Shown here one piece after another: positions 41,593-53,816 of a stretch of 64,000 bases of DNA (position 1 is its first letter; each line of letters begins with the position of its first letter). The translations under genes were made by a program, and so were the position numbers. Origin of the DNA: Eledone cirrhosa (taxonomy: Eukaryota); the NCBI GenBank assembly GCA_964016885.1, contig OZ024741.1:228532001-228596000 (forward strand), given 5' to 3'. The notes below the pieces were generated by a model. It was not told the origin of the DNA. It saw nothing but the letters and a program-made list of their open reading frames with translations, and ran no database searches.

Positions 41593-43920
41593 TTAGGGAG
41601 AAGTGTTTAGACGGGGTCCGTATTTGTTAATAAAGTAAGATTCCTTGCTGATGCACTGGGTGTGGGTGGCATTATCTTTAAATGTGTAGAGGGGAAAGAT
41701 TCTGAAGTTGGGATGATTTTGGGCGGCACAGGTATCAATGTGTTCACTCAGTGGTATTTTCCTGTATTCCCGCATTTTAATTTGGGATCTCTAGACAGTC
41801 ATGCGTTGGCGGAGGCTGTTTTTGGTCTGGCCTATGTATTGTTCTCGACAACCTGATCAAGTTAATACATATATTAGATTTTCTGATGCGCATGTGAAAT
41901 TGTGTTTTACTATAAAACGTTGTCCTTCTTTGAATTAGAATTCCGAACCCTCTATTAGGTTGATGCATATGCCACAGTTGGGTCTATCGCATTTTTTTAC
42001 TGTGGGTTTCGTTGTTGTGGTTGGCAGTACTTTGGCATGCGTTAGGATGTTTTTCATTGACTTAGATTGTCTTTTGCTCTTTATGATATCGTGTGTTCGT
42101 AGGATTTGGTTCATTCTATGGTCCTTTTTCAACACAGGGATGTTCTGGAGGATGGTGTCAAAGGCCTCATTGTTGAGGGGGTTGTGTGTGGAGATGTATG
42201 GAAGAGCTTTTAGTTTCGGTTGATTTACTTTAGGGTGTCTAAGGTCCTGGGTACTGAGTTTTAGGGCACGTTGGATTCCATTGTCAATTAGTGATGCAGG
42301 GTAGTCCCTGCCTATGAGTGTGTCCTTTAGTTCTTGTAGCCGTAAGTAGCAGGCGTCTTTATTGGAGACTATAGTACAGATTCTCTTGGCTAAGTTGTAG
42401 GGAATATTAATTTTAACGTGTCTAGGGTGGCAAGAGTTGAAGGTAAGATATTGCTTGGAGTCTGTGGGCTTGTAGTATATGTCTGTTTCTATTTTTTTGT
42501 TATGGATCTTAATGAGGATGTCGAGGAAGGGGAGTTGTTGATGGCTGTATTCCATCGTGAAGTTAATATTCGTGTTGAGCCCATTTATAAGGGTGTGAAC
42601 TTCTTTAAGTTTCTCGATGTTTTCGTGCCAAAGGATGAAGCAGTCATCTAGATATCGCTTCCAGTTCCTTTCTATGTGTAAGTGGAGAGTGTTTCCAAAT
42701 TTGTTTAGGACTTTAGTGTAGAGGCTGATTTCCAGGTATCCCATGACTAGGTTGGCATAAGTGGGGGCTGTTTTCGTTCCCATAGCGGTCCCAGATTTCT
42801 GCCTGCAGGGTTTGATATTGAAAACGAAGTAATTGTTCTCCAAGATAAATTTGAGTCCCTCTATCACGAATTCTTTTTTGATGCGTTGTGGGAGTTCATT
42901 GTGGTAATTATCTAGCCAGAATTGGATAGCTTCTATTCCTAGGTTGTGGGGGATGTTGGAGTATAGGTTGACTACATCGAACGTCACTAGTAGGGTTTGT
43001 TCAGAAAGGGGCATATTAGGGAGGTGATTGAGCATATCTAGGTCGTCCCTTATATAGCTTTTGATGTGTTTGAGAAAAGGCTTGAGAAGGGTATCAATGA
43101 AATTGCTAAGGCGGTGGGTTTCGCAAGCGGGGCCTGCTATTATAGGTCTTAATTTGAGATCATTGGGTGAGGGGACATTGATGACTATGTCTGTGGCTTC
43201 CTTGCATGCCTTACTTATTAATTCGCTTTTATGTACTTTAGGGATACCGTAGAAAAGGCTGGATTTACTTGTGAAGTCTGTGATGAAGCTGAATTCCTTG
43301 TTAGTGAGTCCTTCTTTGTATTGGTTGATCAGAGTTTTTAGGTTTCTCATAATTTTCTGTTGATTGTAGTGTTCAGCCTTTTCGTAGTAGGTTTCGTTTT
43401 CCAAAGTGGAGAGCGCTAAGTTGATATAGAATTCTGTCTCCATTAGGACTACTGTACTCCCTTTATCAGCCTCTTTAATTGTAATGGTTCTGTCGGTTTT
43501 TAATCTATTTAATTCTTCCCATTCTTTCTTGTTGAGGTTTGGCTTGTGTTTTTGTCTGTGCAAGTGCTGGTAAGGGAAGTTTGTGATGTGTTCACAGAAT
43601 TCGTCCAGGATTTTATTTCTACCTTTTGATGGGGTGTAATTGCTTCTATTTTTGGCTAATGATTCATCCTCATTGTACTGGTCGAATAGTTCTTCACTGA
43701 GTCGTAACTTTCTACAGAAGTCTGTGATGTCTTCCTTCATTTCATAGTAGCTAGGACGTAGTGGGGTCGGTGTGAATTTAAGACCTTTGGAGAGTAAGTT
43801 GATAAGGTTGGGTGTTGGTTCTGCACTAGTTAGATTGATAATTTTTATTACTATCGGTTTCTCCCCCCTGTCTTGTGTTATTTTGTTTGCCTGTATCTGT
43901 GTGCTGTGTCTAAAAAATGG
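41593..43920 (-). pseudogene. PLE RT-GIY-YIG ORF2 (no frameshifts, three in-frame stops in the endonuclease region)
   Basis: Open from 43920 to 41938; TAA 41935, TGA 41857, TAG 41791; IYVLT*SGCREQYIGQT. Confidence 0.92.
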
Positions 43921-45242
43921 TTGGGGTAGAGGGGTTGTCTGCTGATGTTAAGTGGTCTCCTGTGTTTGTTATATTCCTTGTTCTTGTAAAATGTGGTTCG
44001 GGTTGGTGGTTGTAGATTGAATGGGGTGTTCCTGTACTGCGAGTATGGGTGTGTGTTTCTATGTACCATGTTGGATTGTGGTGTTATAGGTGGCCTACGT
44101 TGTTAGTTGTATCGTGTGGTGTGGGTTTGATGTGTATTGTGGAAGCGAGAGTTGAGAAAATGGAAATTACCTTGCTGTCCCCTTGAAGCGGGGAAGTTGT
44201 TACGTCTATCATGGTGGTGGTATCTTTTCCCTATGTTTGACGATGAGGCATCCGCGTAGTAGTTGAGTGATTTGGTATGGTGTCTCCTTGAAGGGGGAAA
44301 GTTGTAAATGTCATTCTGGGGGAGATGATTTCTTTTGTTTTTGTTCCTTCTTATGGTAGCGAGGTTGGGAAGTTCATCTTCGGTGTGATGCTTCCTTCTT
44401 CGTTTGTTAGTGGCTTGGGGGTTTGCGAAGTTGTTGTGCGGTTCAGTTATGGGTTTTCCTATTTTTATGAACGGGTTATTGGAGGTGCTTTCCGTTTGAA
44501 AAGTCGATTCAAAGTGTAGGAACCAAGCGGCACTTTTTTCCCAGCGTTGAAGGGATTTCAGTTCTTCTCTGTTGCAGTCCCCTTTCCATAATTTGGAGAT
44601 CTTCTCTACCTTGGGGCCTTCAGTTTTATTGTTGATTTCCAGGAGGATCTCTTCATCGATGGTTTTGATTTTTTCTTCATTTGTCTGGGCCCTCAATTTA
44701 AGAAGTTCAATGTCTGTCTTCATTTTTTCCAATGCCATTCTTTCCCTAAGGTGTCTTTGAGGTTCGGGTTCATTTGGAATGGACTTTATTTGTAGTTTAC
44801 GGGGGAGAGTTAGAGGGGTTGAGTTAAGCCATTTTTCATATATCTCCGCTTTGTTGTGATTTTCTATCATTTTCCAGAATGAGAACTTTCTGTCTCTGAG
44901 GGATTTGTTCCATTTTGGAATTGTTCGAATTTTCATTTTGTATGAATCAATCTCACATGGTTCTTCGTTGGTTTTTCCTGGGTTGGTAGTAGTGAACATA
45001 GTTTGGATAGTATCGCAAAGGTTTTGGAGTTTATCGCCGATTTCGGAGGGTTTGTATCCGGTGACGGTTTCCTTATTTGTGGAGTCAAGTTTGTCGACCA
45101 GCACAGATAGGTTGGTGTTAATTTTCTTGAGTTCCTGTAGAATCTCTTCATTTGTGTTGATAAGAGTTGTATGCGTTTTTGTTGGAATTTTCTGTATCTC
45201 GTGTGAGGATATGATATTTAAAAGAATAGAGGTGTAACACAC
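43878..45242 (-). pseudogene. PLE ORF1, coiled-coil plus basic low-complexity tail (one in-frame TAA at 44103-44105)
   Basis: ORFs 44103-45242 and 43878-44069 are in the same frame; homologous to translated 4925-5140 (minus). Confidence 0.75.
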
Positions 45243-45810
45243 AAGTTACGATAAACGGAAAACGGAAAAGAAAATGCTGACAAATTGTTCACAGTGAAAA
45301 ATAGTTTAATTAGGAATAAGTGAGAATTAGTAATAGTATTGGTTAGTATTCAGTTTTGGTTTTAAGTTTTACCGGTTGCGCATTTCTAATGCTTTTCAAA
45401 AATAATTTTGAGATAGAGCGTCCGTGATGTTTGCTCTAATCTGATTAGTTTTGGAAATTCTACCTGTTTTTATGTTAAAAAAGTGGCTTCAGCGGTATTA
45501 AAATAAGTTTTGCGCCAATTCGTGTTGCAAAAATTCTTGTCGTCAAAACAATTTTGATTGGTCGGTAGAGGTCATGTGAATGTTAAAAATTGATTTTGCG
45601 CCAAATGTAGGTTTGTGTCGGCTGATTGAGAAGTCACTGAAAAATAAGTCTTTCAAAACAAATATGTGTGTGTGTGTGTGTAGTAGTAGTAAAGAGGTTC
45701 GTTGTTGTGATAATGGTCAGCAGGATGTGTGTGCGAACCGCAGCCTGTTGACAGTTCAAATGCCTATTAAGACAAGTGTGTGTGTGTGTGTATGTGTGTG
45801 TGTGTGTGTG
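45215..45810. repeat. Pseudo-LTR, 5' copy
   Basis: Highly similar to 40184-40770. Confidence 0.93.
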
Positions 45811-45903
45811 TAATACTAACCAATACTATTACTAATTCTCACTTATTCCTAATTAAACTATTTTTCACTGTGAACAATTTGTCAGCATTTTCTTTTCCGT
45901 TTA

Positions 45904-45979
<76 letters not shown>

Positions 45980-46009
45980 TATATATATATACATATAAAT
46001 GTAAAAAAA

Positions 46010-47110
46010 ACCATGAATATACCACCAACACACCAAATTAACCATAATACTAAAATAAACCGCAACAAACCACCATCTCCTTCACATATAACAAGTCGAG
46101 TAAATTCCACACCAAATTTGACTAACTCCCCTGATATAATATTCGCGAATGGTTTTAACTGTAGAAACAAAGCAAATTGCCCATTAAAAGGAAATTGGCT
46201 TATTAATAACATATATAAATGTAAAATTATCATTAAGGACTCAACTTATTCATATATAGGAGCTACTTCTAACCAATTTAAAGTAAGATTTAATACCCAG
46301 AAACATAGTTTTAAAAATGCCGCATTAGCTAACACAACATCCTTGGCTGAAATAATTAATAATTATAGAAAAAAGAATATCGATTATAACCTGACCTGGA
46401 GTGTGCTCAAAAGGGCCACCCCTTATCAAAATAACAGGTATGAGTGTAGATTATGTTCCCAGGAACTTTTTGAAATAATGAAATGTAAGGATATCCTATT
46501 AAATAAGCGACAAGAATTAATTATATCGTGCAATTATAGAATTAGAAGAACTTTCAAATATTATAAACCTAATTAATATACACCTTACACTTATATTTTA
46601 CAAATTATTATAATTAGTTTTTTTTATTTTTTATTTAGTTAACCTATAATTAATATTTTACTACTGAGAACTTCATAATTTTATTTACCTTTTACAGCTC
46701 TTTTTTCCTAAAATTAATACCTATAAGTATACATATAAACTATTTTAATTTCCTGTTATGAATCTAAATTCCTTGTAGCCTATATAAGTTTGTTATTTCT
46801 CATTAATACATTTATCCCCCAAATTTTTTTCCTTCGTTTTTAACAACATTCTTTAATAACATCTAACTCTTATTTATCACATCTATATGAATTAATATAA
46901 ATTTATCCCTATAAGTATACCTATCAATTAAATTAATTTAATTTCTTGTTATAGATCTAAATTCCTTGTGTTTTAAATAAGATTGGTATTTCTCACTACA
47001 CATTCACCCTAAAGTTTTATTCTCCTTCGATTTTAACATTAGCATTATTCTTTAATAACATCAAATTTTCGTGTACCTTTCACCAGCTTGACCTCTTTTC
47101 ATCCCCAAAG
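46010..47110 (+). mobile_element. 5'-truncated PLE: GIY-YIG domain and AT-rich 3' region
   Basis: NCR..NCPL, IYKC..SYIGAT, LTWSVL, CRLCSQE, LLNKRQEL; same type as 6279-6749. Confidence 0.85.
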
Positions 47111-47310
47111 TAATCTTTTCATTCAAAGTATTCTTTCCATTCAAAACAGAAGTCTGCATTCCTCTACCCCTAAATTAATTTCTACTACTACTATTCTATC
47201 AACTTGACCACTTACTACTTTTCTATTGGTCAATTCAAAACCTGTTCCGAAACAGACCTATTATATTACATCTTTGTTGATTTTTGTCAATAAACAAATA
47301 TCATTATTTC

Positions 47311-47705
47311 TGAGCGGTGTATTGGCAGTATCGGTAGAGTGTCGGATGCCATGCTTTCCAGCATAGTTACGTCCCTTTACGATCTGAGTTCAAATCCCAG
47401 CGAGGATGACTTTGCCTTTCATCCTTACGGGGTCGATAAAATAAAGTACCAGTAATGCACTGGGTAATTTTGTGGCCTTGTGCCTAAAGTAGAAACAATT
47501 ATTTCTGAAAACAGGGTGGTGAATTGGCAGTATCGGTAGAGGGTCGAACGCCATGCTTTGACGCATAGAGTTACGGCCCTTGCCATTCTGAGTTCAAATC
47601 CTGCCGAGGTTAACTTTGCCTTTCATCCTTACAGGGTCGATTAAATAAAGTACCAGTAATGTACTGGGTAATTGCTGGCCTTGTGCCTAAAGTATAAACA
47701 TTTAT
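47311..47705 (+). mobile_element. Two tandem tRNA-derived SINEs
   Basis: A/B boxes and core seen twice. Confidence 0.9.
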
Positions 47706-48010
47706 CTCTGAAGACAGCATATATATGTGTAGGTATGTATATTCCCTCTGATAGTTTGTAAAATTTTTACATAGATCTATATGGTATACATACCAACACA
47801 CACTTATATATCCTAAAAACGATCGTAAAATGATGAATTTTTTTAATATAAGGAACTGTTTCTTTGTTTTTATTAATTTATCTTGACTCTGTTTTCCTGT
47901 GATTTTCATCGAAAAAATGTTTGAATACATCTTCTCTTTTCATGATATTTGGATTACATTGAGTTCTTCATACGGATTGGACACTACCGTATACGTTTGG
48001 TAGATTTATC

Positions 48011-48095
<85 letters not shown>

Positions 48096-48134
48096 GATAT
48101 TAATAAATGGAAACTATATTTATAAAACCATATT

Positions 48135-48200
48135 TATTTCATTATACATATTTCAGGGATACCAAATTAAATCATGGTATGCCTTCATCAGACAAAATAC
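48135..48200 (-). ncRNA. Hammerhead ribozyme, family B, with an inverted terminal copy at 48280-48415
   Basis: TATTTTGT-CTGATGA-AGGCATACCA..TGGTATCCCT-GAAAT-ATGT-ATA-ATGAAATA. Confidence 0.75.
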
Positions 48201-48415
48201 AATATATAACAGTTTTACAAATAAGCTTTGATGTACCCTTTTAAAATGCAACCATTATTTTTGGAAGCCATCTGGATAGTATAATGAAATAAATATGGTT
48301 TTATAAATATAGTTTCCATTTATTAACATCGTATATCTCCTCCAAATACTTGTCGAGTGCTTTATATCAGTTATAAAAATATTTGTTGTATCCCAACAAT
48401 TTTAAATAGAACTTT

Positions 48416-48471
<56 letters not shown>

Positions 48472-48479
48472 AATATAAT

Positions 48480-48690
48480 TTAGCGAGAATCGTATTTCGG
48501 CTATTGGAAATTAGCGAAAAACAACTTCCGAGATGTGTGGCAAGCGCTCAATGGAATCTAACGAACCAGAGCCACAACATACATTAAAAGGCCAAACACA
48601 CTGAGACGATTGTTAAACCATTATCCGCACAGCCATAGAAACGACCAAATAGAAACAAATAAAATATGATTGAAAAATTTGATTGAAAAA
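48480..48690. repeat. Unclassified dispersed repeat, second copy at 61468-61675
   Basis: Shared CCGAGATGTGTGGCAAG..CTCAATG..AAAGGCCAAACACACTGAGACGAT. Confidence 0.8.
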
Positions 48691-48729
<39 letters not shown>

Positions 48730-49166
48730 CGAAGGAATTGTGGTAAGGAACTGAGAAATAGCCGTCGAAACGGCTTGAGGTCTGACGTCGGGGTCTTGAA
48801 CATTTTCCTATATATATAAGTATGTATATAATGCAAAATTAAAAATGGGGCTGTGTGTTACTAATACACATATATATGTATATATATATTGTGTGTGTAT
48901 ATATGTCTGTGTGTATATTATTCTTTTACTCTTTTACCTGTTCCAGCCATCTGGCTGAGGCCATGCTGGGGCACCGCCCTTGTTGCTAAACATTTTATCT
49001 CCATTGGCCACTGGACACGACGGCTGACCTCTTTATCTTTCAACAGTTCCAGAGTCTCGAACTCGCTTTTGAAACGACAAGAACTCAGTCGTCGGATCCC
49101 GAATCTTTATGTATTATAAAGAGCCGGGGTCCGACGGCTGGGCTCTTATATATATATATATATATA

Positions 49167-49238
49167 CAGTGTGTCCCAAAATATGTATACAAACTTTAAT
49201 CAGAATGCGTTTGAAGTGTGTATATATTTTTTGAGGAC

Positions 49239-49243
<5 letters not shown>
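49167..49243. mobile_element. ~77-bp Tc1/mariner micro-MITE in (TA)n
   Basis: CAGTGTGTCCCAAAATATGTATACAAACTT / AAGTGTGTATATATTTTTTGAGGACACCCT. Confidence 0.6.
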
Positions 49244-49307
<64 letters not shown>

Positions 49308-49576
49308 GATGGACTCTCTACTGTCGATATCCGATATGAGTGTCCAACAAAAGTTAAATGTGAAAAAGTGAACTAATGTTGAACTACCCACACAAGGTTT
49401 TGTTTTAATCGGTGATGGCATGTATAGGACCAACGACTCTTTTTGGAACTGACGGCACATATCATCGGTGCAAATGTTTGCCACGGAAAATACAAAGACA
49501 GCCCTCATACACACACACAAATATATATATATATATATATATATGAGAAAAACCCCAGACCCTCCATCTCAACTCA

Positions 49577-49614
49577 CCTTTTGAAAAGCAGAAGAACTGC
49601 GAAACCGGTAAAGG
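49577..49614 (+). ncRNA. Decayed minimal hammerhead
   Basis: CCTT-TTGAAAA(from CTGAAGA?)-GCAG-AAGAA-CTGC-GAAAC-CG-GTA-AAGG; more decayed relative at ~28880. Confidence 0.5.
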
Positions 49615-49753
49615 AACCAAATAAAAATATATATATTTTTTAAAAAAATATATATATTTTTTAAAAAAATAAGACTTCAGTTGCATTTTCGATTTCATCT
49701 CTTTTTCTTTAAGGACACCTCGGTTATTTTTCATTTTGTAAAAATAACCTCAC

Positions 49754-49820
<67 letters not shown>

Positions 49821-49856
49821 CAAAGGGATATTTAATGATATTTAAAACAAGCTTTG

Positions 49857-49918
49857 TATTTTATCTGATGAGTGCGTACCAAAGTTGTGGTACCCTTCAA
49901 ATATATATATTAGAATAA
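49857..49918 (+). ncRNA. Decayed hammerhead, family B
   Basis: CTGATGA intact, GAAA changed to CAAA. Confidence 0.55.
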
Positions 49919-50029
49919 ATATGGTTTCATAAATATAGTTTCCATTTATTAATATCATTGAAATATATTATATATATATATATTCTAAAATAAATATATA
50001 TATTCTAAAAAATAAATAAATTAACACTA

Positions 50030-50210
50030 TTTGGATGGCCGTTGACTCTGCTGAGTTCCTCCGCCCTTTGCCGCGTCTTGTATTTCATCCCGGAGGGTGT
50101 CCAAATATCACCCTCCTCACCAAGCAGCTTGGTGGGGTTGCCAGTTTAGTCGCCGACGACTCGATCGTGAGACAGGTTGTACTGGGTTACATGTTACCAG
50201 TAGCACTCGA
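50030..50210. repeat. Dispersed repeat, longer copy at 55253-55790 (possible LINE 5' UTR or SINE)
   Basis: Shared TCCTCACCAAG..CTTGGTGGG..GTTGCCAGTTTAGTCGCC..TGAGACAGGTTGTACTG..ACATGTTACCAGTAGCAC. Confidence 0.75.
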
Positions 50211-50235
50211 GAACGCGATATATATATATATATAT

Positions 50236-50301
<66 letters not shown>

Positions 50302-50502
50302 ACATATATATATTGTGTTGTTATCTGTTTACCTTTTACATACATATATGTATGTATATATTATTTGTTCTTTAATTTAATTTTGTAATCATTAATAAAT
50401 AATAATCATGTTTGATTATTTAAAAACATTTTGCCCGCATATTTTAAAGAAGGGCCACAAATTTCGTATTGCTTAAGACCTTACCAGATGAAAGTCCGGC
50501 CC

Positions 50503-50695
50503 CGGGCGGTGGTTTGGCAGTATCAGTAGAGGGTCGGACGCCTTGCTTTACAGCATAGAATTACGAACTTTTACGGTCTGAGTTCAAATCCCGCCGAGGT
50601 TAACTTTGCCTTTCATCCTTACTGGGTCGGTAAAATAAAGTAACAGTAATGCACTGGGTAATTGCTGGCCTTGTGCCAAAATTAGAAACAGTTAT
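50503..50695 (+). mobile_element. tRNA-derived SINE
   Basis: A/B boxes and core. Confidence 0.9.
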
Positions 50696-50761
50696 ATCCA
50701 ATATGCTGTTATATTATGTTATGTTATGGTCTTTCATCTACGGATTTCTACACAGACACAG

Positions 50762-50830
<69 letters not shown>

Positions 50831-51060
50831 TAGATATAGATTTACATTCCTAGAGGACCCGCGAATATTGGACGTGGTTAATAAAAATGCCTATAAACGT
50901 AAACATACCTATAAACATAACTGATTGCCACGAAAAAAGCCATTAAAAAATCGCGGAACATATTTACGATTCCGCGAATATGCGGTGGTGTCCACAAACA
51001 ATTATTAGTTAGGTTTAAAGGAAAATTCCGGGAATAACCAGGACCACGATGCCGTGCGTA

Positions 51061-51118
<58 letters not shown>

Positions 51119-51655
51119 ATGTATATATATGTATATCTGTATATACACATATATATATGTATTCATGTATATAAGTATATTATATAAGTATATATATAAG
51201 CAGAGGGCACAGTACAATTAAGAAATATATTATTAGTTTTACGTTATATTATATCATGTTGTTTTATGTGGCATTGTATGTGTTATGATATGGCATATAT
51301 ACATATTACATTATATGTTATGTTATGGTATATTGTGTTATATTACCTTATGTATTATAGTTATGTTAAGGGGTATGTTACCTTATCTAATGTTTCACGT
51401 GATGTTCTGTTATATTACATTATAGCATCGTATAATATAGAATGGTCTGATATGGAATGTTATGGCATGTAATGCGTGGAAGTGATGTTATGTTGTGAAC
51501 TACTTCAAGGGAGATTCGGGCTTGAAACTCCGAGGTTAATCGCAGTTATTAAAGTGTCTATACCTCATATTTAGAACGCGAAAATCTAGATGTGTATAAA
51601 CACATCATGCAGAAATCTCCCATCCGACAGTTTGGAGACGAAACTTTGTTGATAT

Positions 51656-51711
<56 letters not shown>

Positions 51712-51850
51712 AAAGTATGTCCATAGAATCCATAAAATATATACATTATTTCCTCTCCCAATCAGCATAATCAACCACTGACTTTGTCTAGTTTATGTAT
51801 ATGTAAATCTTTATATATATATATTTCTATACTTTTCATTTATATATATA

Positions 51851-52783
51851 CTAGCAGTAAAGCCCGGCGTTGCTCGGGGTCGCTCAGTAGCTGTGTTAAA
51901 GTTACAATGTTAAGTTTCTTTCTTGGCTTAAAAACTGTAGTGTCTACTGTGCAGACTTGCATGTGGTGTTTTTGATTAATATTCCCTCAACCAACAATAT
52001 GCCTTATGAAGTTAAGAAAACATAACGATAACCCGAATGTTATAACAAAAGAGGATGCTGGGGATAGAAACTGCACTGGTTATTTATTAACAAAGATCGA
52101 AAATGTAAACACTGCAACGCAGAGAAAAACATTAGCGTAACCAAATTATCAGTTATGTCTGTCTGCACGCCTATATCACCTCTCTGCACGACTATCTGTC
52201 TGCACGCCTATATCACCTCTCTGCACGACTGTCTGTCTGCACGCCTATATCACCTCTCTGCACGACTGTCTGTCTGCACGCGTATATCACCTCTCTGCAC
52301 GACTGTCTGTCTGCACGCCTAACGACGAAATATTTGCTTGTTTTACGTAGTCTTTAAATAGACTTGTTTTCAAGTAAAAATATTGTTTTAAAATGCTTTT
52401 AAATGGAAATGAAGCAAAACGGAAGCTTAGTGTTCGAACTGATGAATTTTGCAGGTCAATATTTTGCTGGCTTATAATAACTGTTCGTGTATTGTGTTAA
52501 TGTCATTTTAAACGCTGAGAAAGCCAGCGTAATTTTTTACGTAAGACGCTCAATGTAAACAGAACAAAGGGAAATAACTGATAACTTACGCTCAAAAATC
52601 GATACATTATATTCGATTTCGTCACATAGGGTGGGTCAATTTGAAATATTTTTTTCCGATGTCTTCGCTAGCGCTCAATGTACAAGTATAGCAATTTCGG
52701 TGCAATTCCGTGAGAGATTCTAAGAGGAGATGTGTGCCAAAAATCGATAGACAGACAGACAACCACAGTTTTATATATATAGA
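51851..52783 (-). mobile_element. Non-autonomous Helitron with internal minisatellite
   Basis: Minus strand starts A|TCTATATATATAAAAC and ends CCCGAGCAACGCCGGG-CTTTACTG-CTAG|T. Confidence 0.9.
52156..52321. repeat. 37-bp minisatellite, ~4.4 copies
   Basis: Unit TCTGTCTGCACGCCTATATCACCTCTCTGCACGACTG. Confidence 0.95.
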
Positions 52784-52801
52784 TATATATTACAATACAT
52801 A

Positions 52802-52849
<48 letters not shown>

Positions 52850-52852
<3 letters not shown>

Positions 52853-53053
52853 CGAAGGAAATGTGGTAAGGAACCAGGTGGACCATAGCGCACCAAAGTA
52901 CTCAATACTTAGGGTAGTAGAGTGGGTAATAGGAACAAGTAAGACCCCGACGGCTGAGCTCAAGCCGTTTCGACGGCTAATTCTGGACGGCTAATTGAGT
53001 CCAGAATTAGCCGTCGAAACGGCTTGAGCTCAGCCGTCGGGGTCTTACTTGTT

Positions 53054-53058
<5 letters not shown>
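52850..53058 (-). mobile_element. Family C terminal fragment; palindrome 52929-53058 holding the 3' half of an HHR
   Basis: TAGCCGTC-GAAAC-GGCT-TGAGCTC-AGCC-GTC-GGGGTC on both strands; relatives at 30050, 35345, 48728 and ~49070. Confidence 0.7.
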
Positions 53059-53103
<45 letters not shown>

Positions 53104-53108
<5 letters not shown>

Positions 53109-53785
53109 GATGGGTAAACGGTGCTGATGATAGCTAACAAGCTTGAAACTAGTACATCGTTCCTGTGTCAGTGTTGAACAAAAAGGTGACGTGGTTGCCT
53201 TAACACCGTATGGCATAAATTCAGGCTGTTCAGTTTGTTTACAAACGAACAAAGCGACGTTAGCGCCGCTAAACTGATACGTGCATATATGTATGTGTAC
53301 CTGTATGCATATGTATATATATGTGTATATATATATATATATATGTGCATGCTACTGTACGTCTGTATACATATATGTATGTACGTATACATGCATACTT
53401 ACATTTAAGTAAGTGCCATACTAAGAGTGAGAAATGAAATTTCGTTTTCATTTTGTTTCAATTTATCGTTTTCGGTATGCCTGACCGATTTAACTCACTC
53501 AATATGCAAATTAGGCTGCTCAGCCGTTAATTTTCATAAGGAAAGTATATACTTTCGAACGTTCAACTATCTGGCAGATGGGTAAACGGTGCTGATGATA
53601 GCTAACAAGCTTGAAACTAGTACATCGTTCCTGTGTCAGTGTTGAACAAAAAGGTGACGTGGTTGCCTTAACACCGTATGGCATAAATTCAGGCTGTTCA
53701 GTTTGTTTACAAACGAACAAAGCGACGTTAGCGCCGCTAAACTGATACGTGCATATATGTATGTGTACCTGTATGCATATGTATA

Positions 53786-53816
<31 letters not shown>

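Larger units (their letters stand above)
40184..45907 (-). mobile_element. Near-complete Penelope-like element (Neptune-like) with pseudo-LTRs
   Basis: ORF1, RT (RYLDD), Cys linker and GIY-YIG; direct repeats 40184-40770 / 45215-45810; short inverted copy at 45811-45907. Confidence 0.95.

Noticed and set aside
40184-45810. LTR retrotransposon
   Set aside because: No integrase, protease or TG..CA termini; RT and GIY-YIG are PLE-type, so the repeats are pseudo-LTRs
46196-46198. TGG at a conserved Cys position as a relic of a Sec TGA
   Set aside because: Equally one step from TGT or TGC; other Cys positions are also decayed
48480-48615. Possible long-stem HHR in the 48.5/61.5-kb repeat (GCCGAAAT..ATT on minus)
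   Set aside because: No CUGANGA or stem I partner found
52156-52321. CRISPR-like 37-bp periodicity
   Set aside because: Contiguous tandem repeats, no unique spacers, no cas genes, eukaryotic context
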